From contig CM060732.1 of NCBI GenBank assembly GCA_030704615.1, forward strand, positions 28,148,001 to 28,212,000: a stretch of DNA of 64,000 bases, read 5' to 3'. The position numbers and the translations under genes are program-made. This document shows, in pieces, positions 33,746 through 45,186 of this stretch. This DNA is from Takakia lepidozioides. Its lineage: Eukaryota > Plantae > Bryophyta. How positions within the stretch are numbered: position 1 is the first letter of the stretch; the number at the start of each line of letters is the position of its first letter. The notes below the pieces were generated by a model. That model had not been told where the DNA came from, searched no databases, and saw nothing but the letters and a program-made list of their open reading frames with translations.

Positions 33746-34012
33746 CACCATCATCACCACAACCTTAGCAAAACCTGAGAGAAACGCTCTCCATGCGGGA
33801 TCCTCCCTAAGAGAATCCGAGCACATTTCCGGGTAGAATACAACCCTAATACAACTAACTAACAACCCAAATAAAATTCAAACTAATTGCCAATATCTGG
33901 AAGGTTGAAAAGGTGTTGATTTGGGATAAACGGAAGAGCAATTATCCCGGGGCCCATCGAAATCTTACCACTTTTGTGTCCCAATGCCTTAGACCACGGG
34001 AAAATGTTCACA

Positions 34013-34900
34013 TTGAAAGCGGCGAGGGTTGAAGGAGATAGCCCTCATTGTAGCCTTTTTTGTTTCAAGCATGATGGAGAAAAAAAAACGGTCCTCGTGT
34101 ATGGCAGAAATGCTGCTTAAGCTCACGGGAACCCCCAAGTGCCCCAAGTGTCTGATCGCCCAGTCTCTCGCAAAGGCCATGTCAACCTTTGGTAGCAAGA
34201 TTCTTTTTTCTCCTTATCAGACACTCGGATGTTCAGCTGAGCAACATCCACGTTGATCAGTTGGTGGGCTTTGCTCATAGCCAACTACAGCGCTGAGACT
34301 TCATGCTGCAATTCGGATATGTTGTCCTCAGAGTCACCCACCAGAGTGAGGTCTGTCATCCCGGACATCCCACTACTACCACTGCCATGGATAGGTGGGA
34401 GAAAAGGCATGATCCACCGGCAAGGACCCCCAGAGAGAGCTGTGGGGAGCTGTGTTGGCAGTCCCCCACAAATTACCCCAACCCAGAAACTGGGCTTGAT
34501 CCGCCAGAAGGACCTGTTCCAAAGGAAGGTTATGCATGCAGAGTGGCAGGAAAACTACTGGGCTCGGACTGCATGCGATTCCTCGCAGCTCCTCTAAAAG
34601 AGCGATTGTTGAGTGGGCCCATTGAATCCGAATCAGACGGAGGGGACCAGGTGGCAGAACTAGCAGACGAGTTGGAGAAGTCTAAAAAGGCAACAAGAGA
34701 TGCTAGAGGTGGTGGATTTACAGAATTCAATTGAGGCCGCCGCTAGGGGTTGTCGGGACGTCAGGACCTTGAATGAAAAGAAAGGAAGGATGAGGCTAAT
34801 GCATGGGAAGGAGCTTGCACGACAATCGAGGGAAAAAGACCAGAAAAGTTGTCTTCCTGGCGGCAAGGAGTCAAGAGAGCTCCTAGGTGAACAAACACAT
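34013..34900 (-). mobile_element. Probable L1-type LINE ORF1 remnant
   Basis: FARDWAIRHLGHLGV...RFFFSI resembles the N-terminal region of plant L1 ORF1; degenerate. Confidence 0.35.
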
Positions 34901-35938
34901 AATTAAGCCTCAAAAGGTGGTCGGGAAGGATGAAGGAAGAGTGTTCATCACAAAAAAACTTAGCAATGGTTCTTCGCCAAAAAGAGAAAAACCTTGATGG
35001 GGGACGAAGCGTCTAGGCTGGAGCATGAGAACCGGTGCATCGACTCATGTAAGTTAGACAGCAAGAACAAAACACGGGACTCAGGGAGGCTGAAGTGAAG
35101 GTGGGAGGGGATGGCCAGGAAACACCGAAAGCTGTTGGACCTTCACTCTCTCACCGCATAACATGGAAGCTCCGGAACGCCTCCATCTTTTTTTCTTTTT
35201 TATTAGGAAAAAACAGTAAAAGAAATTCTGACCCTTCCAATGGCCATAAAAGATTAGAGCTAAATATTCCTTCATTGCTTAGAGGTTGATTATTTCGTGG
35301 AATTGCATCATAATTAGCTTTATGATTCTAGTGACCTATACCGAATCTGGAATTTGACAGCGAAATAGGTCACTAGAATTTAGCCCTAATCTTTTATGCA
35401 AGGGAACGAGATTTCTAGTGACTATTACAGCAGGTTCGATGCCCGCTCACCTGCCGCTCGGCCGTTCCCTATTACTTCAAAAACAAAATAAAAAAAATAA
35501 AAAAGAAAGATAGGCAGCAAAACTGCGCCTTCATGGCAAATGTAAGGTTATTTTTGGCTTTGTCCCGCAAGGGATAGAGGCATTGCGGAGACGTAAAAAC
35601 CTACGGGTTTTTTTTCTTTGTATTTTCAGGGAGCTAGACCTGGCGGAATGTCAGGGCAACAGTGAGCGGGGGATCTTACGCGTAATGTCCCCTGGGAGAT
35701 TACACATAAGGCCCCGTGGGAGATTACGCATGCCATCTTTTCCGTACAATGTCATCTTTTATGCTATATTCCACAGTCTAAGCTGTCCACAACGAAAAGA
35801 AACGGGAAAGAAACCCTATGTCTTTACACGCAGTGTACCTCGGGCAGGTACCTTGGTATTCCTGTTGTGACCTCGGGCTGCGCCCTTGGTCACTCCCCTC
35901 ACACCGCGGTATACCCTCCGGTGGGGGACTTACCCTAT

Positions 35939-36078
35939 ACATCTTGCCTAGGGGGAGAACTAGGCTTACCCATTTAGCCTAGTATGTGGAGGGTTGATGG
36001 GCATTTTTCATGAAGCCGTGGAAAAAGTATAAAACAACGACCCCAAAATCACCCGAAGGAAAGAGCAAGGACAGAGCC
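35939..36078. repeat. Dispersed ~140-bp repeat (second copy at 56418-56557)
   Basis: ACATCTTGCCTAGGGGGAGAACTAGG...GGACAGAGCCT at both loci. Confidence 0.85.
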
Positions 36079-37889
36079 TTCCCTGTTCTCTAAAATTGTT
36101 TTTAAAAAGAAAATGGCTAAGTGTCGAGACCGGCTACCGGTTGCAGCCGGTCTGACATGAGCTTGCTCACGCTCAGCGGCGGGCATGGTAGACTTGTGGT
36201 GCACACGAAGGTCCCACTCCAGACGCATGCCCCTGTCCTTTCGCTCGGGTCGTGCAGCGGATTCAAGGTCCGGGCTGTGGAGCTACAAACGGCATCCCCC
36301 TTGGCAATGCGCAGAGGACGGAGCTCTTGCATACGGTGGCGATGGCGCCTTCAGGGTTGCCATTCAAGTTAGGTGATAACACGAAATACTTCGCGGTTTG
36401 CTGTTTTCGGGTCGCTGTATTGTATGTGTGCGACGTCGGATCCAGGCTCGGAATTGTCTTTTGCGCAATTCAGCATAAACGAATCTACTCGTGGCAAAGA
36501 AGCAAGAAAGCGCACGAGATCGTTACGCCAGCCCGATAATATGTATACCTTGTGTATAGGTCAACGCAGGAGCATGCACCGCTGGCAGCAGTTGTTTAAA
36601 GATACTTCACAATGGTGGGACATTTGCCTTGACAAGGTGAGCTTTCTTCATTTAGGATGAGAAAGGGAGTTTGACGGATCTCTGGTATGATCGTATTTTG
36701 TAGACTGGATTGTACCGCTGTTGAGTGAAGTCAGAATCGCACTTGCTCTGGAAAAACTTCTTTTCTGTCCGAGGTTGTTCCTCCGTAGCAGGGCATGACA
36801 GTAGGATGCGCAATGGATTTTCCCTGGAGTTTGCGAGGTACTTGGAGACTGTCGCTGCTCAGCTGCTCCCTGGGCATTTTCACAGACCACTCCAAAATCT
36901 CCAGACTACAGACATAAGCTGGTTTAGCATCTGTGTAAGTTTGGTCAGGTTCGAATGTTCCTAATTGTGTACAGTCCAATGGAGCCCAAAGTGAATGTTG
37001 TTGAAAGACCACTAGCACTCCTCGAGAAGGGAACTTGTCAAAATGTTGATTCTGTTGGATTTTTGGGCACAAAGGTCTATTGTAGAGCATGGAGCAGAGC
37101 TGGTGCGAGTTTCTTAAAGATCCTTCTCAATGGTGGGACAAACCCAAGCACAAGGTATGGCTTTCTTCAATGTGAAGAAGTTTGTCCATCCTGCTCTTCC
37201 TGTTAGTATCATGATTTGGTATTTTCTCTGGCGCTTGCAAGGTCCTTGGGAGGGTCAGCTTGGTCTTAGGAGGCCGAGTTTATATCTATGGCTGCTCAGC
37301 TGCACCGTGGTGGTTCTCCTCACAGACCAATCCAACATCACATGACTACAGACACAAGCAGCACGCACAAGAGGTCCTTTTGGACTGATGGTCTGTTGAA
37401 TCCTCCATGGTTGGAAGGAAAGCTGGCTGCCATGACTCAAGGTCAAGGACAACGAGGTAAGGTCAACCTTCCATCAACACATTTCAGCCTGTTTTGCCAC
37501 CATATCAGAGTCATCCCCAATTTTTCGTGTTGAATTCTGCAAGTTAGCTCATTGGGTGGATCTATGGTGGTTTGGATTCATTTTGACATGTTACTGCCAA
37601 TCTGGCAACAGGAGAGCGTCCCAAAACAGATAACAGAGACCAGGTGAAGCTTTGGAAGGAGTATTATCCGACCCCGGTCAATGCTGAGACGATCAAGGCA
37701 AAAAGGTGATGCCTGTTAGATTTCAGAGAGAAGCAAACGCAATTCAGCATAGGAACCAGTGTGTGATGAAATAGGGTTGGGGTGTTTGCCAGAACAAATC
37801 TAGGCTGTCATTGTCACCTGCTAGCAGCAAGGCGAGGATGTATGCATGCTTTGTGCAGAGGCAGGGATGCCTGAAGGATCTGGGATAGA

Positions 37890-40523
37890 GTGTGGGTCCA
37901 GATTCATCCAAGAGGGCCGGGTATCAAGCACAAGGTTACGTATGATTCCCTGTGGATCAATAGCTACAAGAAACCTGCATGGGTAGAAGGTCAACTGGAA
38001 GCAGCAGCAGCAGTGGCAGAGTTGATAAAATCAGGCGCCTTGACCCTGACCACAGCTTGCAAAAGAGGACCAAGAGAAGGAGTCCTCAATGCCTCTTCTG
38101 GCACTTCTCGGCATGTAAGGATGCTGTGTGAGGCAGGCCGACTGAATGAGGCTCTACAGATTTTAAACCAAGGAGGCATTACAGCAGATTCAGATACTTA
38201 TGTCTGTCTCTTGCATAAGTGCATCAAGATGAAAGGCCTGGGAGCTGGAAAGCAGGTGCATGCTCACATTATCCAAAGTGGATTCAAACCAAACATTTTC
38301 CTAAACAACACCCTTGTCAACATGTATGTTAAGTGCGGGAGCATCATGGATGCTCACCAAGTGTTCAACAGAATGCCTCAACGAGGTTTGATCACGTGGA
38401 ATATAATGATGGCAGGATTTACCCAGCATGGGTTTGATAGGAATGCTTTGGAGACATATGAGCAAATGCTGCGGGAAGGGATGAAACCCAACCACATCAC
38501 GTTTGTTTGCATTTGCAATGCATGTGCGAGTCTGGCAGCCTTGCAAAAGGGCAAAGAGGTCCATGGTGACATTGTCAAAGCTGGAATTGTACCAGATGTC
38601 ATTCTGAACAGTACCCTCGTGGATATGTATGCCAAATGTGGGTGCATCGAGGATGCAAAGGGAGTGTTCGACAATATGGCTGAACGAAATGTGGTGTCGT
38701 GGAGCGCGATGATTGCCGGATATGCAAAGCAGGGGTGCGGGATGCAGGCTTTGGAGACCTATGAGCTAATGGTGCAGGAAGGAGTGAAGCCCAACCACAT
38801 CACATTTGTTTGTGTTTGCAATGCGTGTGCGAACCTGGCAGCCCTGGAAAAGGGCAAAGAGGTCCATGGTGACATTGTCAAAGCCGGAATTGTAGCAGAT
38901 GTTGTTCTGAACACTGCTCTGATGAACATGTATGCCAAATGTGGGAGCATGGAGAGTGCAAAGGGAGTGTTTGACAATATGGCTGAACGAGATGTGGTGT
39001 CTTGGACTGCGATGATAGCAGGATATGCACAGCAGGAGCGCGAGATGGAGGCTTTGGAGACCTATGAGCAAATGATGAGGGAAGGGGTGAAGCCTGACCA
39101 CATCACGTTCGTTTGCGTTTGCAACGCATGTGCGAGCCTGGCAGCCCTGGAAAAGGGCAAAGAGGTCCATGGTGACATCATCAAAGCTGGAATTGTACCA
39201 GATGTCATTTTGAACAGTACCCTCGTGGACATGTATACCAAATGTGGGTGCATCGAGGATGCAAAGGGAGTGTTCGACAATATGGCTGAACGAGATGGGG
39301 TGTCTTGGAATGCGATGATTGCAGGATATGCACAGCAGGGACATGGGATGGAGGCTTTGGAGACCTATGAGCAAATGATGAGGGAAGGGGTGAAGCCTGA
39401 CCACATCACGTTTGTTTGCGTTTGCAATGCATGTGCGAGCCTGGCAGCCCTGGAAAAGGGTAAAGAGGTCCATGGTGACATTGTCAACGCTGGAATTATA
39501 CCAAATGTCATTTTGAACAGTGCGCTCGTGGACATGTATGCCAAATGTGGGTCCATCAAGGATGCAAAGGGAGTGTTTGACAATATGGTCGAACGAAATG
39601 TGGTGTCGTGGAGTGCAATGATCGCAGGATATGCCCAGCAAGGGCGCGGGATGGAGGCTTTGGAGACCTATGAGCAAATGGTGCGAGAAGGGGTGGAGCC
39701 GGACAGTATCACATTTTTATGTGTTCTCTCTGCATGCAGCCATGTTGGCCTACTGTATGAAGGAAGACGATACTTCGATTCCCTGAGTCAAGATCATGGT
39801 GTCACTCCGACAGTAAAGCACTTTGGCTGCATGGTGGACCTTCTTGGACGTGCGGGGCGATTGGATGAGGCAGAGGACCTGATTAATAAAATGCCAATCA
39901 AACCAGACGCTGTGGTGTGGAAGGCCTTACTTGGTGCCTGCAGAATCCATGGCAATGTGGAGATGGCTGAACGTGCGGCAACATCTATTCTCAAGTGGGA
40001 TGAACAGGACGCCGCGTCTTACGTGTTACTATCAAACATCTATGCCACAGCTGGCAGGTGGGACGATAGTGCAAAGGTGAGAAAAATGATGAAAGTCAGA
40101 GGGATTAGAAAGGAGCTAGGTCGCTGCTCCATTGAGGTTGGCAACAGGCTGCACACCTTTGTTGTAGATGACAAATTGCATCCCAAAACTAAGGAAATCC
40201 ATGCTGAGCTGAGAAGATTGTCTGGGCAGATGAAGGAGGCAGGGTATGTGTCGGACACACGCTTTGTATCGCATGATGTCGGGGAGGAGCAAAAGAAATT
40301 TTCTCTTTGCTACCACAGTGAGAAGCTGGCCATTGGTTTTGGGCTGATCTGCACGGCCCCGAGGACACCTCTCCGTCTCGTCAAGAATCTTCGGATGTGT
40401 GGTGACTGCCACACCTCCACCAAGTTCATCTCAAAGATTGTTGGCCGAGCAATTGTTGTACGGGATGCCAACCGCTTTCACCACTTTGAAGATGGGGTTT
40501 GTTCTTGTGAGGATTACCGGTGA
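37890..40523 (+). CDS. PLS-class PPR protein with E and DYW deaminase domains (organellar RNA editing factor); true start uncertain
   Basis: 101-aa P-L-S triplets, WKALLGACRIH, HSEKLA, CGDCH, HHFEDGVCSCEDYR. Confidence 0.95.
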   Translation: MWVQIHPRGPGIKHKVTYDSLWINSYKKPAWVEGQLEAAAAVAELIKSGALTLTTACKRGPREGVLNASSGTSRHVRMLCEAGRLNEALQILNQGGITADSDTYVCLLHKCIKMKGLGAGKQVHAHIIQSGFKPNIFLNNTLVNMYVKCGSIMDAHQVFNRMPQRGLITWNIMMAGFTQHGFDRNALETYEQMLREGMKPNHITFVCICNACASLAALQKGKEVHGDIVKAGIVPDVILNSTLVDMYAKCGCIEDAKGVFDNMAERNVVSWSAMIAGYAKQGCGMQALETYELMVQEGVKPNHITFVCVCNACANLAALEKGKEVHGDIVKAGIVADVVLNTALMNMYAKCGSMESAKGVFDNMAERDVVSWTAMIAGYAQQEREMEALETYEQMMREGVKPDHITFVCVCNACASLAALEKGKEVHGDIIKAGIVPDVILNSTLVDMYTKCGCIEDAKGVFDNMAERDGVSWNAMIAGYAQQGHGMEALETYEQMMREGVKPDHITFVCVCNACASLAALEKGKEVHGDIVNAGIIPNVILNSALVDMYAKCGSIKDAKGVFDNMVERNVVSWSAMIAGYAQQGRGMEALETYEQMVREGVEPDSITFLCVLSACSHVGLLYEGRRYFDSLSQDHGVTPTVKHFGCMVDLLGRAGRLDEAEDLINKMPIKPDAVVWKALLGACRIHGNVEMAERAATSILKWDEQDAASYVLLSNIYATAGRWDDSAKVRKMMKVRGIRKELGRCSIEVGNRLHTFVVDDKLHPKTKEIHAELRRLSGQMKEAGYVSDTRFVSHDVGEEQKKFSLCYHSEKLAIGFGLICTAPRTPLRLVKNLRMCGDCHTSTKFISKIVGRAIVVRDANRFHHFEDGVCSCEDYR

Positions 40524-41036
40524 AACGATGTGTTTGGGAAAGTTGGGAAAGTTGCAAGTGTCTTGCTTCATTCATTGATCTGTGTAGCTACTCAGTTCAT
40601 CCAATATCTCCTGAGAATATTGACCATGATGTACAGTTGAGGGTATTTGTGCCACCGGACCCGCAATGGGATCAACCCATCATAATTATCCTTATGGGTA
40701 TTTTTCTAGAAAGAAAACAGTGGAGAGGGCCCTGACGAATTTGGAGTCGTGCCACATGCGAATGATAATATGATTAATTTTTCTTGAAGAAGGGATCCAG
40801 CAGGCTCTTTTTAAAAAAAACAATTATGAACAGGGGGATTGTAGCCACGATTAATTTTATTATAAATTATTGTATGGAAAACAATTAAAACCCCTGATGC
40901 ACCATAAGGCACACACACCGCATGCAGCGAATAATGGAACCCTACCTCTCAGATGGAGAGAATGACTAGAGTCAGATCACACTAATCTGGTCTAGGCTAG
41001 CATAATGGCAAGGACCATGTCTGATGAGAGAGCACC

Positions 41037-42246
41037 CTATCTATAGTGAAGCTTGGAGGCAGTAGAGGATGGTTTCAAGTGCTTCCAATTGATGTCCCGC
41101 TCCAACTTGGGGGAGACTGTGGAGTGTCGTGCGGAGATCCCGCCAGCAAGGGGGAGGGAGGTCGGTCTAACTGTAGGTGTCAAGCGCTGTGGCGTTGCAG
41201 ATAAGGCCCTGTTTGACCCAAGACTCTCGGAAGGCAGAGTGGATGGCAGCTGCGTTCCTCTGAGTTTCGCTCGATATCTGCACACATTTTACCCCAAGCC
41301 TTTCTTGACTTCACCCCTAGGTCATAAAACACATTAGCTAGAAGAGCATAAATCGTGGATGTTTCTCCAGATAAAGTTTTCCTACAGCGAGCTTTCCAAA
41401 GGTGCCAAAGAGTAGAACTGCGGAGAGCCTCGAAAACAGGGCAGTGAAGAGGTCTCTGTTTGGTATTCTTGTCATAGTTGAGAAGGAGATCCAAAGCAGA
41501 AAGAGATTTGGTGTTCCAGTGTCTATAGAAGACTTTCACGAGAGGCCAAATTTTGGCCGGGGCCTGAGAAAAAGGAGGCAATGCTCCAGTGATTCCATGA
41601 ATGCCAACTACACAACAACCACATATGAGGGCCGCCTGAAACTGCAGCCATTAATCCACTTTGAGGGCTCTCTATTGACCACCTGCCAAAGAAAAATAGC
41701 TATCTTTGTTGGGCGAGCCTTAATCCAAACCGAGCTCCATATGGTTGACCAATTTTCGTCATGAAAGCCATAAAGCTCCCATTTACCTTCCCATAAAAAA
41801 AGGCTCAGTCGACCTCGAGAACTTCCAAGACCATTCCATCGGGTCTAAGTGTAGCTCTGCCAGTGGACGCCCCAAGATCCAAACATTAAAGGTACTGCGT
41901 GCTAACCATTGCACCAACGGTGACAAGAGATTTGGTATAGGGTCCAAAGATTTCCTAGGAAGAGACCAACAGCAGATTCACACGGGATAGGAGAGGAGGG
42001 AGGGATATTTATAGGGGCAGAGGAGAGCAAGGTAAGGGATAGCGATGTGGTATCAATAACAAAGGGAAAAGATAGAATGGTGAGCTGGAGTTGAATCCTT
42101 AACAAATAGGATGGAGAGACAACTAAGGAAAATAGAAAGAGCCCAAAAAGGAAGAGCTGGGACCAATGGACTAGAGCAAAGGACCATAGACCACTGGGCA
42201 GGTGTGGAATGAATGACCTGGAATGTTGCAACGAAGAATGGACCAA
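41037..42246 (-). mobile_element. L1-type LINE 3' fragment
   Basis: Degenerate ORF2 C-terminus (LRSSTLWHLWKARC); multiple frameshifts. Confidence 0.6.
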
Positions 42247-45186
42247 AAAGTTGAAGATGTGGCCTACACAACAGTATATAAGATATAAATAAATAAAAAT
42301 CGTAAAAATTGGCCAAAAAATGGATTCACTTGCACTATATCATGTAGAATATCTATTGTTGGGATACTGTCATTTCAAATGGGAAAAAGAAAGATGTTAT
42401 GGAGGATATATGCTGCCATATGCCGTCGGTGACGTAATCCAAACTTGACCATAATCACAAAAGTATATGTTTTTGAAATGTCGACCTTGCCCCACCCTTC
42501 ATCTACAATAAATGGTCGTATTTAATGAAGATAGTTCATGGGGGTATTTTGGTTTTCATATTGTAAAGGACTTTATGAAAATGGGTATTATTGATAGATT
42601 GATAAAATACATAAAAATACATAAAGTTTAGTTTAATGAGTAAAAATGTTTAAAAACTCTCACACTAGATTTTTTTATCACAGGAGCAAGGGAGGGCCGA
42701 GTCCCTTTTTCCAATTAAATTCCATAAATATTATAAAATCCAGCAAATAATGAGTCCATAACAAGTTTTTTATGGACTGTAACAAAAGATTTCATAAAGT
42801 TCATCATTTCTAGAGATAACGATTTTTGGCGGCAAGTCTTGGAAGGTAGATACTACATGTAGATAGGTGCAATGTTCTGAGTCCATTTTCACAAATTTCA
42901 CAGAGATCTACAATTGTAGACCAACAAACTATGTACAGAAAAAATGACACGGTTACGTCAAAAAATGGACAGTGTAGGCTGCAATCACCCACCTCTTGGT
43001 TACCCATTTGCAAACCTGACTGAGCCAACTACTGAAGCAGGTCTCTGGACTTTTGAAGTCACTGTGAGACCACATGTTGTTATTTCGCTGATCCCAAGGC
43101 GATCCCATGGCAGACCAGCGCTTAGCAGGTTTTTGTACTAGGAGTTAGGTTTGTTGGTATTCAAGAACAGGTGCTGGCGAAGCACCTCATAGAAGATTGT
43201 TATGGGATTCTTTTGAAGGAACTGACGGAGCCTCCCCCAGGCTTGCCAGATGTTCGACCGCAGAGGGGATCCCACCGATTTGTGCTTGAAACCATGAGCA
43301 ATCCATCCAAGAGAGGGTTTCCAAATAGAGAGCTTCAGTGGAGAAGAGAGTGATGTTGTCGTACACTAGGAACTTCCACATACCCCCTTCTCGACCCAAA
43401 ACCTCGGGATCCATTTAGCCAAAAGCGCTGTGATCTGGGTATAAGATCAATGATCCCGAGACTAGTAGCAACAATACTTACACAACATCCAATTCTTTAT
43501 CCAAGGAGTTGGCATAATTATTTGAATACCATATACTTGCAAAACATACGATGCAGGTACCAAAAGAGGTTGTAATAAAGCACATTAACATTTACAAAAC
43601 AACACTTACACAACATCCAATTCTTTATCCAAGAAGTTGGCATAATTATCTGATACCATATACTTGCAAAACATCTGATGCAGGTACAACTAGCACATGG
43701 CGATCCTGTATCTCGAAAATAACCTCCATCTCAAGTCTAAAAACGCTGAACGTATATTTTGTTGTATTGTATATAGCTTCTAATCAGGTTAGTATTACCT
43801 CATGATTACCTTCTGATCCTATGATTAGTTATGTTTTAGGATGTAATCTTATCTTACTTAGCTAGACCTTAATTATGGAGCTTATCTCAAATTAGCTTGA
43901 GCATATGTAGTAGCCTTTATGGTGCATGTTAAGGGCAAATCAATGAGGAGGGGAGTAAGCATTTGTTAACAAATAACACTTAAAATTTGCTAGTGTGCAT
44001 AAGTAGGGGATTAAAACATCTATGGTAGTGTGACAAACATTTATCCAGGGTAAGTATAATATATTTACTATCGTTTACACGTATACACCTAGTGTGTTTA
44101 GTATTGTATCTATACTGTGTGACTAAAGTATTACCACCGTATCGTACGAAGATAGGAATGATGTATTATGGACCATACGTAGCATATGGAGCCTGAGTGT
44201 ATGGCTGAAGGCGCGGCGTATAATTAAGTGCGGGCCGGCCATTGATGGCTCCGCGATCGCGCAGGCCGCACATGCCCACAATTGGACGGAAGCTGCGCTG
44301 CCGCGCTGTGCCTACACTTAACAACGTCACTCGCACTGCGCAGGCAGAGGGAGAGGGTGGTGGAATTCGAAATTGCGTGCGGGGCGCTTGTGGTGGCGAC
44401 GAGGCAGAGGGAGAGGAGTGCAAGGCTGTGGGGGATGGGGAGGTCCGTGATGAATGGGGGGACTGAGGAGACGAAGCGTGGCAGGAAGCTGAGGAAGGAG
44501 CAGGTGGTTGCGCATCAGGTGCTGGGAAAGGATTTGGTTGCTCCGAGGGCACGAAGTGTGGAGGGGCTGGAATCTCGTGGCAGAGTTCATCGCTCCAGGC
44601 CCAGTCGCAGCGAGTACCCGGTCTTCACCCCGGTGCTGCCTCTGTTACTTCCTCTTTCCCTGAATTGATTGCTTTGTTCCTGGAATGGTGCAACGACGTT
44701 CAGAGGTTTCTGGTTCTGATCTCGCATGGACTGTGCAATTGAATTTCGCGTATCTGAATGCTCTCTTCCATTCTCCTAGAAGATTTGGAAAGATTTCCCG
44801 CCAGCAACTTTTCCATTCCTTTGCGAGTTTTCCTTTTGAATGTTAGTGCGAGCTAGAGTACTAGACACGGAAGAGCATGAGAATTTCACCTAAAACATTT
44901 ATCGATCTTATTGTGTTGAAGTCCTTATGCACAGCGGGGATCTCGCCACTGGTAGTAACTGGTTGTTTGGATCTTGAAGCAGTTGTTGGGTTCAACTACA
45001 TTCGTGTTTAAGATTGTGAAATTCTGGTCCAGACACGCTGGATCAAGGATTGCAGCTGTACTTCGTTTTAAGTGTGAGTTTGCTTGAATTGCTAAAAGTT
45101 CTACCATTCGATATACTGCCCAGAGCCACACAGAATCACAGTTTCATGGTAGCAACGACAACTACCTGGGACGGAGGCATCAGGAC

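Larger units (their letters stand above)
31033..34012 (-). mobile_element. 5' end of an Ogre/Tat-like gypsy element: putative LTR 31741-34012, PBS 31721-31738, ORF fragment 31177-31632
   Basis: Minus strand ...CTCGACA-tt-CGGCGACCATACTGGGGA resembles the Ogre-type PBS (TGGCGAC...CTGGGGA). The distal TG boundary at 34012 is inferred from where a LINE-like ORF is cut. Confidence 0.55.

Noticed and set aside
38766-39677. Antisense repeat ORFs over the PPR gene, and similar shadow ORFs over TEs and AP2M (63460-63996)
   Set aside because: Shadow frames of real coding sequence.
43150-43690. Copia-like PBS and ~120-bp duplication
   Set aside because: Too degenerate; no LTR pair or coding domain to support it.
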